In this document: positions 36,515-45,230 of the stretch, one piece after another
How positions within the stretch are numbered: position 1 is the stretch's first letter
How the letters are laid out: every line of letters starts with the position of its first letter
Assembly (NCBI GenBank): GCA_965222575.1
Contig: OZ244958.1
Location: 480,001 to 544,000 of the forward strand
Length of the DNA stretch: 64,000 nt
Origin: Alphaproteobacteria bacterium
Lineage (GTDB): Bacteria; Pseudomonadota; Alphaproteobacteria; G965222575
Direction of reading: 5' to 3'
Position numbers and translations under genes: made by a program
The notes under the pieces: generated by a model
Seen by the model: the letters and a program-made list of their open reading frames with translations, nothing else
Told to the model about the DNA's origin: nothing
Databases searched by the model: none

Positions 36515-37828
36515 GTGTCTGAAACTTTTTATATCAAAACTTATGGCTGTCAGATGAATCACTATGACTCTGACAAAATCTCTGATATTCTCCTTCTCAT
36601 GGGATACCATAGAGTCGATTCCTATCTCAAGGCGTCCATCATTGTGCTTAATACCTGTCATATTCGTCACAAGGCTACGGAAAAAATGTATTCGAAGCTA
36701 GGGGAGGTGAGAAAAAAGACGCGCCCCCAGCGCCTTTCGCCTCTTATCATTGTTGCCGGGTGTACAGCTCAAGCAGAGGGACAGCTACTCTTTCAACGCA
36801 ACGAACAGGTGCGTATTGTTGTGGGCCCGCAAGCCTATCATCAATTGCCGCAGCTGATTAAGCGCGCGAAAGTGTGTAAGCAACTAGCTCTTGATTTCAA
36901 GGTTATTGAAAAGTTTGACCACTTGCCTAAACCTGTTACTTCAAAGTCTTCCGCTTTACTTTCTATTCAAGAAGGGTGTGACAAGTTTTGCTCTTTTTGC
37001 GTGGTGCCCTATACCAGAGGGCCAGAGCTGTCAAGACCTGTTCGTCAGATTGTAGCGGAAGCGACACAGCTTTCGCGGAAAGGAGCACTTGAGATTACAC
37101 TCCTTGGGCAAAATGTCAATGCGTATAACGGACAGGGATACGATGGAAAGCCCTGGACACTTGCACAACTTCTCCACCTTCTCCACAAGACCTTACCGCT
37201 CAAACGTCTCTCCTATATGACCTCTCATCCCCTTGAGATGACCCAAGACCTCATTACGGCTCATAGAGATATTCCTGTGCTGATTCCCTACCTTCACCTC
37301 CCCGTACAATCAGGTGCTAATCGTGTTTTGAAGGCGATGAATAGACGATATACTGCCCAACAATATGCAGAGATTATTGCCCAAATGCGTAGCCTCAGAC
37401 CAGACATGGCCATCAGTTCAGACTTTATCGTTGGCTTTCCGGGCGAAACCGAAAAAGAGTTCCTCCAAACCATAAGCCTCGTCGAGAAGATTTCCTTCTC
37501 CCATAGCTTCTCTTTTACCTTTAGTCCAAGGCCGGGGACAAAAGCCGCTACCTTAGAAAACCCCGTACCTGAACAAGAAAAACGTAGACGACTCCTCTTC
37601 TTGCAAGAAGTCCTAGCCAAACAAGCCTACAACTTTAACAAATCCTTTGTAGGGAAAACCCTTCCCGTGCTCTTCCAATACAAGGATACGAAAAAACAGC
37701 TGCTGAAAGGAAAATCCTCCTATATGCACAATGTCCATCTTCCTCTCAACTCAAAATACTTAAACAAAATCCTGCCTGTGCAAATTACAAGTACCTCACA
37801 GCATGCTCTTAAGGCAGTCCTTACATGA
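36515..37828 (+). CDS. miaB: tRNA methylthiotransferase MiaB
   Basis: TYGCQMN, NTCHIR, QEGCDKFCSFCVVPYTRG, SDFIVGFPGE. Confidence 0.96.
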   Translation: MSETFYIKTYGCQMNHYDSDKISDILLLMGYHRVDSYLKASIIVLNTCHIRHKATEKMYSKLGEVRKKTRPQRLSPLIIVAGCTAQAEGQLLFQRNEQVRIVVGPQAYHQLPQLIKRAKVCKQLALDFKVIEKFDHLPKPVTSKSSALLSIQEGCDKFCSFCVVPYTRGPELSRPVRQIVAEATQLSRKGALEITLLGQNVNAYNGQGYDGKPWTLAQLLHLLHKTLPLKRLSYMTSHPLEMTQDLITAHRDIPVLIPYLHLPVQSGANRVLKAMNRRYTAQQYAEIIAQMRSLRPDMAISSDFIVGFPGETEKEFLQTISLVEKISFSHSFSFTFSPRPGTKAATLENPVPEQEKRRRLLFLQEVLAKQAYNFNKSFVGKTLPVLFQYKDTKKQLLKGKSSYMHNVHLPLNSKYLNKILPVQITSTSQHALKAVLT

Positions 37829-38307
37829 CTCACCACCACCATAGCATAATGGTAAAAATTGATAAAGATACCCACAATTGGGCTTTTTGTAGAGCCCTCC
37901 TTCAGAACCTTTCTCCTACCATTTTAGGCTTTCTGCACCAACGTGTCCCCCAAGGATTCAGTGCGGAACTTTCTATCTGTTGTGTAAGCCCTCAAACCAT
38001 CACACACCTAAATCATACCTACAGAAACCAAAAGTCCCTCACCAATGTTCTTGCGTTTCCAACCCAGTTTACACACGCTCTAAATGACCAGCACCCCCTC
38101 TTGCCCCTTCCTCTTGGCGATATTGTGATTTCTCCTCATAAAGCTTGTTGTGAAACCATGGCTTTACAGACCTCTTTTGTAGCACACTTTGCCCACCTTA
38201 TCTTCCACGCTCTCCTCCATCTCTTCGGGTACCAACACAATAACAAAGCCGCTGCCCATAACATGTCTCAACTTGAACAACAATTGCTTGATAAAGCAGG
38301 TCTATGA
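37825..38307 (+). CDS. ybeY: Endoribonuclease YbeY
   Basis: LNHTYR..TNVLAFP, LGDIVI, HALLHLFGYQH. Confidence 0.9.
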   Translation: MTHHHHSIMVKIDKDTHNWAFCRALLQNLSPTILGFLHQRVPQGFSAELSICCVSPQTITHLNHTYRNQKSLTNVLAFPTQFTHALNDQHPLLPLPLGDIVISPHKACCETMALQTSFVAHFAHLIFHALLHLFGYQHNNKAAAHNMSQLEQQLLDKAGL

Positions 38308-39104
38308 AGTCTCTTCTCAAACTGATTCAAAGATACCGCTCTCAAAATCAACCGCAACAGGCCTCTCTCAAAAAAAATGTCCAAGAGCAACAGAAATTCA
38401 TCAAGCTCAATGTGGAAAAACTCCCCTATTCCTCAGTTTCCTCCATTATGATCCCAAGACCCGAAATTGTCGCTTTTGATAGGAAATTGAAAATCCCAGA
38501 TATCATTCCTATTCTTCAACGCACCCCTCATGCCCGCTTTCCCCTGTATGACAAAACCCTAGACCATGTCATCGGCATGCTCAGACTCAAAGATATTGTC
38601 GCTTCTCTGTTGCTACAACAGCACAACAAATCCCTGAAGCACTTTTCCAAAAAAGTGCTGTTTGTGCCAGAAAGTATGCTCGTGACAGACTTGCTGGTGG
38701 AAATGAAAAAAACCGGCATTCATCTCGCTATTGTTCTGGATGAATATGGCGGTACGGAAGGACTTGTGACAATATCAGATGTCACAGACGAAATTACAGG
38801 GGAAATGAGAGAAGGTATTGCATATCAGATTCTCAATAAGCCCCTCAAGTCCCTTCCAGATGGATCACTGGAGATTGATGCCAAAACGCCGCTTGAAAAA
38901 GTGGAACAGTGGATGGGGCGGAAAATCATACACGATAATCACGATGTTCATACCATCGGTGGGCTTGCTTTTGAACTCAACGGCGCTGTCCCAGATATAA
39001 ATGATGTTGTGAAATATGAAGACTTTGATATTCACATAATAAAAGCCGATAAACGCTATATTAAAGTCGTGAGATTGACAAAAAAAGACCCACTTGTCTC
39101 TTGA
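38304..39104 (+). CDS. CBS-domain HlyC/CorC family protein
   Basis: MIPRPEI, HARFPLY, LAIVLDEYGGTEGLVT, TIGGL. Confidence 0.9.
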   Translation: MKSLLKLIQRYRSQNQPQQASLKKNVQEQQKFIKLNVEKLPYSSVSSIMIPRPEIVAFDRKLKIPDIIPILQRTPHARFPLYDKTLDHVIGMLRLKDIVASLLLQQHNKSLKHFSKKVLFVPESMLVTDLLVEMKKTGIHLAIVLDEYGGTEGLVTISDVTDEITGEMREGIAYQILNKPLKSLPDGSLEIDAKTPLEKVEQWMGRKIIHDNHDVHTIGGLAFELNGAVPDINDVVKYEDFDIHIIKADKRYIKVVRLTKKDPLVS

Positions 39105-39122
39105 AAGTTTGTACAGTACACT
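39094..39122 (+). promoter_or_regulatory. Probable promoter of tRNA-Asn
   Basis: TTGTCT-N17-TACACT just upstream of the tRNA. Confidence 0.5.
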
Positions 39123-39134
39123 CTTTAAGTTGTA

Positions 39135-39206
39135 TCCTCGGTAGCTCAGCGGCAGAGCAAGCGGCTGTTAACCGCTAGGTCGTTGGTTCGAATCCAACCC
39201 GGGGAG
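39135..39206 (+). tRNA. tRNA-Asn(GTT), no encoded CCA
   Basis: TCCTCGG TAGCTCAGCGGCAGAGC AAGCGG CT GTT AA CCGCT...GGTTCGAATCC...CCGGGGAG. Confidence 0.95.
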
Positions 39207-39235
39207 TGCTACAGATAAAGTAGAAGACAGCTCTT

Positions 39236-40030
39236 ATGCCCTTTTCCTCTCCCGTTTCCATTGTTATTGTTGGCTATGGACGCATGGGGAAAGCCGTAGG
39301 GAAAGTCTGTGAGGAACAAAACCTCTCTATTCAAAGTATCTGTCATTCCCTAGACGAACTAAGAGCGGCAACCTTTAAGCAACCAGCTGTTGCTGTTGTG
39401 TTTACGACCTCTCCTACCCTTACCCCTACACTTGAAGTGATTGCACAACATCATATGCCTATGGTGTGTGGTTCCACAGGGTGGCAGGAAACAAAGCCAC
39501 AAATACAAAAGCTCATCAAGGACTATGGCATTCCTTGCGTGATGGATAGTAATTTTTCACTAGGGATTCATCTCTTAAATGAAATGGCAACCCTAGCAAC
39601 CACACTAACAGACCCGCACAATTATAAGATTGCTATCAGTGAAATTCATCACCGTCATAAGAAAGATAAGCCTTCAGGGACAGCACTTAATCTCGTACAG
39701 CGGATACTAGCCTATAGTCGGTCTAAAACCTCCTTTTCAAAGGGTTCAGTGCGTAACTCCCACCAGAAGATTGCCCTCTCTTCTCGGCGCCAAGGCGCAG
39801 GGTGCGGGACGCATCGGGTTTCTTTTTCTAGCACTTATGAACGGCTTGAAGTGAAACATGTTGCCCTCCATAGAACACTCTTCGCCCAAGGGGCTGTCCG
39901 CTCTGCTCTTTGGCTTTATGGCAAGAGGGGTCTCTTTTCTTTCAGCGATGTTGTACGGCAGGAAGCCCACTTTCCCCCTAGGGGGTTGCCCCTAGGGGCT
40001 AGCCCCCCCAATAAAGTTCGTGGGGAGTAG
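39236..40030 (+). CDS. dapB: 4-hydroxy-tetrahydrodipicolinate reductase
   Basis: GYGRMG, GSTGW, NFSLG, EIHHRHKKDKPSGTAL, FAQGA. Confidence 0.92.
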   Translation: MPFSSPVSIVIVGYGRMGKAVGKVCEEQNLSIQSICHSLDELRAATFKQPAVAVVFTTSPTLTPTLEVIAQHHMPMVCGSTGWQETKPQIQKLIKDYGIPCVMDSNFSLGIHLLNEMATLATTLTDPHNYKIAISEIHHRHKKDKPSGTALNLVQRILAYSRSKTSFSKGSVRNSHQKIALSSRRQGAGCGTHRVSFSSTYERLEVKHVALHRTLFAQGAVRSALWLYGKRGLFSFSDVVRQEAHFPPRGLPLGASPPNKVRGE

Positions 40031-40074
40031 GGTTTTTTCCCCCTAGGGTTTTTTTTCCCCCTAGGGGGTTTTTT
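39974..40074. repeat. Cluster of CTAG-centred G/C palindromes
   Basis: CCCCCTAGGGGG (39974-39985, 40057-40068), CCCCTAGGGG (39989-39998), GGGGCTAGCCCC (39995-40006), CCCTAGGG (40041-40048). Confidence 0.85.
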
Positions 40075-40075
40075 C

Positions 40076-40105
40076 TTGACAAAGGGCTTGGAATTGTCCT
40101 ATTAT
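40076..40105 (+). promoter_or_regulatory. sigma70-type promoter for the orphan gene
   Basis: TTGACA-N18-TATTAT. Confidence 0.55.
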
Positions 40106-40155
40106 ATAGGCAACCCGTCTATAGTATAGATGAGTTATATAATCTAAACAGGAGC

Positions 40156-40932
40156 TTGGTAATCATGGAGAGAAGAAAGACGTACTTCGGTACTGCAAGA
40201 GAGATATATGTTAGTTTTCTGACAGTAGGGGTTGTTCTATTAGGAGTATTAGGAGGGACATTCCTCTTAGCGCAAAGTTCCGCCGTTGTTGATCAACCTT
40301 CCATTACAATAGATGAACACCTAAACTTTGGGGCTTATACTGTGACCCCGATGCAACTGAATAACGGGGAAAAGATTGAGTGTAACTTAAAGAGTAATGG
40401 AAACACAGAATGTAATAATGCCACTCCTGTTGGTAACTGGGCACAGGTAGGGGAATTCACTATTATACCGGAGATTTCGCCCATCATAAGTACCGATCTC
40501 AATACGGGGAACCCTTACACCACCTATGAACCTCTTGCATTTATAAAGGTTTCATATATTGAGGGGTCTTTTAATTTGAAAAAGTTGAAAGAGGCGGGAG
40601 TGGAGTTAGTGTTCAGGTTTCGCAAAAAAAGCGGCCCGGCGGGCGATCTGAAGAAGTCCACTGGGACTAGTAGTTCGAATGTTGCTGACCTGACGGTGTT
40701 TAATCCCCTTGAGTCACCAGAGGCCTATATGATATTTGTCGGTGACACTTCGGTATCAGTGGCGGCAAACGTTAATAAGAGCCCAAGGGTATTCAAAGTT
40801 TATGGGAAGTTAATAGTGAGTGACCCGGTGAAGTTTTTTGCTTACAGAACAAAGCATAATATTAAAGATGCCTCGAAAGTACTAGGCACATTGAACTTTA
40901 AGGTTGCTACTACGCGGGCAGGGACTGATTAG
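40156..40932 (+). CDS. Hypothetical exported beta-rich protein (possibly DUF4402/pilin-like)
   Basis: 258-aa ORF with hydrophobic signal, SITIDEHLNFG, a Cys pair, VGEFTI and VYGKLIV; family assignment is tentative. Confidence 0.65.
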   Translation: MVIMERRKTYFGTAREIYVSFLTVGVVLLGVLGGTFLLAQSSAVVDQPSITIDEHLNFGAYTVTPMQLNNGEKIECNLKSNGNTECNNATPVGNWAQVGEFTIIPEISPIISTDLNTGNPYTTYEPLAFIKVSYIEGSFNLKKLKEAGVELVFRFRKKSGPAGDLKKSTGTSSSNVADLTVFNPLESPEAYMIFVGDTSVSVAANVNKSPRVFKVYGKLIVSDPVKFFAYRTKHNIKDASKVLGTLNFKVATTRAGTD

Positions 40933-41073
40933 TAACGAACCGCGACAAGCTTAAGCTTCAAGCTTCAAGCTTTTAAGCACACTTAGGGTGCGTGGGGGAC
41001 TTTCTTGACCTTTAGGGGGGGGGGCTAGCCCCCTAGCCCCTAGCCCTGGGCAGTGATACAGAGGCGGGGCTTC

Positions 41074-42237
41074 TTACGAATAGCCGTGCTCTTTGAGTAC
41101 CCAGTCTATCCATGGAAGTGCGCGGGCAATGTCTTCTTCCTCTATGGTAGGGCCTGCCCAGAGCCGAAGACAAGGCGTTGCTTTGTGGTGATTGATTACA
41201 TCACACGCCCCCTGATGGCTTTCCAGTAAATCCCCTATGGAGTCTAGTTGTTGCCATTTCTCCTTCTCTGTGAGAGGCAAAAAGGCTTTGTGCGTCAGGC
41301 GTATGGTGAGGGCTAGCGGACACCGGCTTGCAGGCTCTTTAGCGAGAAAATCCAGTGAGGGATGACGGAGTACCCAGTTATGTATTATCTCTGCATTGGC
41401 GTGGGTTTTCTTCACTAAGGCGTCCAAGCCTCCTATGGACTCTGACCACTTGAGGGCGGCGTACATGTCAAGGGCTGCTAGCATGGACGGCGTGTTGAGA
41501 GTCTTGCCTGCGAAAAACCCTCTTAAGAGCGACTCCTCTCGCGGTAACCCTAAAACCTTAGGAATCCCCCAAGGCGGACGATAAGACAAAAGCCTCTTGA
41601 TAGCGCGCGGAGACAAAATACACATACCAAATCCCCCTTCACTTCCTAGGGCTTTTTGCCAAGACCAAGTGGTAACGTCTAGTTTTTCCCATGGAATATT
41701 GTTCATCCCGAACACGCCGCTTGTGCCATCGCAAAAGGTCAAGCCCTTACGCTTGTGTGATATCCAATCAAAGTCCGAAACCATCACTCCAGAGGTCGTA
41801 CCATGGAGGGTAAACACAATATCGTGATTACTGTTTGTGCGGGAAAAATCTGGTAATACCCCGTAATCTGATAGAAACACATTGGGATTGAGGGCTAATT
41901 CTTCCTTGATGTCCTTAATCCATAACTGCCCAAAATAGTCCCAAGCACAGACATCTACAGGCAGGACGCCGAGCAAATTCCAAAGTGCCATTTCAAAAGC
42001 CCCGGTAGCGCTTCCCGGGGTTATCCCTATTTTGTAGTCGTGAGGAAGATTGAGAAGTTGATGACTTTTGTTTATAATGTCTTTTAGGAGTCTTTCTCCT
42101 GCTTTTGAGCGGTGAGAGCGATTGAGAACGCCGTAAGGGTCTTGATAGGAGTCGCTGATGGAAGCGGCTTTAGCGGTGGGGCCTGAGGAAAAGAAAGGAC
42201 GCCGGGGACGTTGTAGGGGCTTTGGGGGCAGACTCAT
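41074..42237 (-). CDS. serC: Phosphoserine aminotransferase (alphaproteobacterial/Methanosarcina type)
   Basis: FSSGPTAK, RSHRS, GTTSGV, SWQKALGSEG, TLNTPSML. Confidence 0.93.
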   Translation of the reverse strand: MSLPPKPLQRPRRPFFSSGPTAKAASISDSYQDPYGVLNRSHRSKAGERLLKDIINKSHQLLNLPHDYKIGITPGSATGAFEMALWNLLGVLPVDVCAWDYFGQLWIKDIKEELALNPNVFLSDYGVLPDFSRTNSNHDIVFTLHGTTSGVMVSDFDWISHKRKGLTFCDGTSGVFGMNNIPWEKLDVTTWSWQKALGSEGGFGMCILSPRAIKRLLSYRPPWGIPKVLGLPREESLLRGFFAGKTLNTPSMLAALDMYAALKWSESIGGLDALVKKTHANAEIIHNWVLRHPSLDFLAKEPASRCPLALTIRLTHKAFLPLTEKEKWQQLDSIGDLLESHQGACDVINHHKATPCLRLWAGPTIEEEDIARALPWIDWVLKEHGYS

Positions 42238-42299
42238 GGAGAGGAAGCGGGGGGGTATAGGGGGTTGAGTAGAATTATTATCTTGGTATTGAGGGACGA

Positions 42300-43163
42300 A
42301 TGCAACAAAAAGGACTAGTGACTTCTACGACTGAAAGGATAATCACCTTACAGTCAAGTGAAGCGGGGGCAGTAGAGGAGTTTTTACAGGCTCTTCTTAC
42401 TGTTCGTGTAGAATCTGTGCCAAGGTGGAGTTATTTATTATTACCGCAGGGGAAAATTCTGTATGAGATGTTGCTTTTCCCAGTGGGGAAAGCGTGGTGG
42501 CTTTATAGTCCTTATGAGTGTCAAGGACTTCGAGAGAAGCTTTTGTTTTATCGTTTGCGTCGTCCTTTGGAGATTGGGGTGAAGGAGGTGGGACTCCATC
42601 GTTTTTGGGGTTTAGAGGAGGGTATGGTGCTTCGGGAACTGAATGTGGGGGGGGGTATGATTGCTTTGTTTGGGGATCCGCGTTGTGAGCGCTTGTGTTT
42701 TTGGGGTGTTGGGGAAGGAGAGCGGGGGGGGTGGGGGTATAGGCAAGAGACGTTAGAAGCCTTTCAGCGGTGGCAAACTCGTGTGGGCATTCCGGCGCTT
42801 GGTCAAGATTTTGACAGTGGCAAAGTCTTTGCTTTAGAAGCGGGTGGCGTGGTGTGGCGGGCTGTGGATATTGATAAGGGGTGTTATCTTGGGCAAGAGG
42901 TTGTCACGCGTATGCAGGTACGCAATTTACAAAAGAGGGGCTTTATTTCTGTGCGGTGGAAGGGGGTGATACCGGCGCCTGGCCAAGAGGAAATTCTCCA
43001 AGGGTCTCCTGATGAACAACCCTTGTGTATTGGGCATTTGCGTTCCTATTGGCAAGAGAAGGACAGCGGTGGTGGTCTTGCGTGGGTGGACTTAAGAGCC
43101 ATGAGAAAAGACTCCCTTTTTTTTCTAAAAAAGCATAGCATTATGCTTGAGGTAGAAAGATAG
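42300..43163 (+). CDS. ygfZ: Folate-binding Fe-S/tRNA-modification protein YgfZ
   Basis: LLPQGKI, KGCYLGQEVVTRM. Confidence 0.88.
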   Translation: MQQKGLVTSTTERIITLQSSEAGAVEEFLQALLTVRVESVPRWSYLLLPQGKILYEMLLFPVGKAWWLYSPYECQGLREKLLFYRLRRPLEIGVKEVGLHRFWGLEEGMVLRELNVGGGMIALFGDPRCERLCFWGVGEGERGGWGYRQETLEAFQRWQTRVGIPALGQDFDSGKVFALEAGGVVWRAVDIDKGCYLGQEVVTRMQVRNLQKRGFISVRWKGVIPAPGQEEILQGSPDEQPLCIGHLRSYWQEKDSGGGLAWVDLRAMRKDSLFFLKKHSIMLEVER

Positions 43164-43194
43164 GATTGCAAAATGGAGACAAAGGCGTTATATT

Positions 43195-43707
43195 ATGGGC
43201 ATAAGCGGAGATGATCTGTTTTTTAGGGAGCTTTTATCCAGTGCTCTTAAGGGGGAGGGTTACGGGGTTGTTTGCGTCCGAATACTGCGTGGTAGAAAGC
43301 CGGTTTTTCAATTGATGATAGAGAGGCTGGATAAGAAGCCGGTTGGGTTGAAGGATTGTCAAAAGGTGAGCTGTTATGTCTCTACGATTTTGGATGTAGA
43401 AGACCCTATTGCGGGGGCTTTTTCTCTTGAGGTTTCGTCTCCGGGGGTGAACAGGCCTTTGGTGACCAGTGCGGACTTTTCTGCTTACGAGGGCGAGAGA
43501 GTAGAGGTAGTGATTCGATTCCCTAGGGAGGGACAAAGAGTCTTCCGGGGTATCCTGAGGGGGAAAGAAGGGGAGTGTGTCTTGTTGCAAGAGCAGCAAC
43601 TAGGCTTGACGACTCTTCCGTTTTCGGAGATTACGAAGGCTTGTCTTATGCCCTGTGATGTGCATTCGACGGGGGAACGGGAACTAATGGAGGGTGAACA
43701 ACGGTGA
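43195..43707 (+). CDS. rimP: Ribosome maturation factor RimP
   Basis: LDVEDPI..FSLEVSSPGVNRPL. Confidence 0.95.
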   Translation: MGISGDDLFFRELLSSALKGEGYGVVCVRILRGRKPVFQLMIERLDKKPVGLKDCQKVSCYVSTILDVEDPIAGAFSLEVSSPGVNRPLVTSADFSAYEGERVEVVIRFPREGQRVFRGILRGKEGECVLLQEQQLGLTTLPFSEITKACLMPCDVHSTGERELMEGEQR

Positions 43708-45230
43708 ATTGGACAGAAATTGAACTGCTTGCTGATGCGATATCTGCTGGGAAAGCCATTACACTTGAGAAGGTGTTGGAGGCTATGGAGGAAGCGTTGG
43801 GGAGGGCGGCTTATCAGGAGTATAAGGGCCCTGTGAAGGTGACATTGGATCAGAAGAAGAAGACGGTGTCTTTTCAACGTATCTGGGAGGTGGTGGAGGC
43901 ATTTCCTTTAGGTGAGCATAGGGATAAATTCCTATTGCTTGACGAGGCACGAAAGAAGAAAAAGACGGTGAAAGTCGGGGATATTCTAACGGAGGATGTA
44001 CCGCCTATTAAGATGACGCGGGTGGGGGCACAGCTTGCTAAGCAAGTGTTATTTGCCAAGGTACGGCAAGCGGAGCAGGAGAGTCAATATCAGGAATTTT
44101 CTGCTCGTGCGGGCACTTTGATTAATGGTGTTGTGCGCAATGTAGATTATGCTGGCGTGGAAGTGGATGTTGGGGGGAATGCGGAGATTTTTCTCCCGCG
44201 CAAGGAGATGATACCGCAGGAAATGTTTCGACAAGGCGATCATATTTGCGCTTATCTTACGGAGGTTGAGAGTGAGAATAAGGAGAAGGATAATAAAATT
44301 ATTCTTTCGAGAACGCATCCGCAGTTTTTGGTTCATCTTTTCGCTCAGCAAGTGCCGGAGATTTATGAAAACATTATTGAAATCAAGGCGGTAGCGCGAG
44401 ACCCTGGGAGTAAATCTAAAGTTGCTGTTCTGTCGAATGATGCGAAGTTAGACCCTATTGGGGCTTGTGTTGGCATGCGCGGTAGCCGCGTCCGGTGGAT
44501 TACCAGTGAGCTACAGGGAGAGCGTATTGATATTGTCCCGTATTCTGATAGTATTGTCACTTTTGTGGTTAATGCCTTGGGGTTATCGGAGGTGACGAAA
44601 GTGATTTTTCCGGAGGAAGAGGGGCGTGTTGAAGTGGTGGTGCCGGAGAATCAGCTATCTCTTGCTATTGGGAGGCGGGGGCAAAATGTGCGGCTTGCGC
44701 ATCAGTTAACGGGCTTTTATATTGATATTCGTACTGAGGAGCAAGAGGCGAAACGAAAAGATGAAGAGACGACTAAGTACGGCGCTCTTTTCGCTGCGGC
44801 TTTGGATGTGGATGAGATTATGGCGCAGTTTTTTGTGACGCAAGGATTTCGCTCCGTTGAAGATATTGTAGCTGTAGGCGAAAAGGACTTGATTGCCATG
44901 GACGCACTGGACGAAGAAGTGGCAAAGGAGCTTTATCAACGCGCTTCAACGTATCTTGCGCAACGTGAAGCGAAAGATAGGCAGTGGGTGAAAGAACAGG
45001 GCATGGAAGAGAGCCTCTTTGAGTTGCCTCATCTTTCTGCTGCTATGCTACGTTGTCTTGCGGAGGCAGGCATTTTGACACTGCAAGATGTCGCAGCACT
45101 CGCCGGCTATGAATTAAGTAGTAAGCAAGGGGGCATTTTGAAAGATTTTGATTTGTTGGAAGAAAAAGCCAATGAAATTGTCATGGAAGCCCGCAAGCCT
45201 TGGTTCACTAACTCCCCCCCGTCTAAATGA
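43704..45230 (+). CDS. nusA: Transcription factor NusA
   Basis: S1/KH domains, ARDPGSKSK, GACVGMRGSR, SLAIGRRGQNVRLA. Confidence 0.97.
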   Translation: MNWTEIELLADAISAGKAITLEKVLEAMEEALGRAAYQEYKGPVKVTLDQKKKTVSFQRIWEVVEAFPLGEHRDKFLLLDEARKKKKTVKVGDILTEDVPPIKMTRVGAQLAKQVLFAKVRQAEQESQYQEFSARAGTLINGVVRNVDYAGVEVDVGGNAEIFLPRKEMIPQEMFRQGDHICAYLTEVESENKEKDNKIILSRTHPQFLVHLFAQQVPEIYENIIEIKAVARDPGSKSKVAVLSNDAKLDPIGACVGMRGSRVRWITSELQGERIDIVPYSDSIVTFVVNALGLSEVTKVIFPEEEGRVEVVVPENQLSLAIGRRGQNVRLAHQLTGFYIDIRTEEQEAKRKDEETTKYGALFAAALDVDEIMAQFFVTQGFRSVEDIVAVGEKDLIAMDALDEEVAKELYQRASTYLAQREAKDRQWVKEQGMEESLFELPHLSAAMLRCLAEAGILTLQDVAALAGYELSSKQGGILKDFDLLEEKANEIVMEARKPWFTNSPPSK

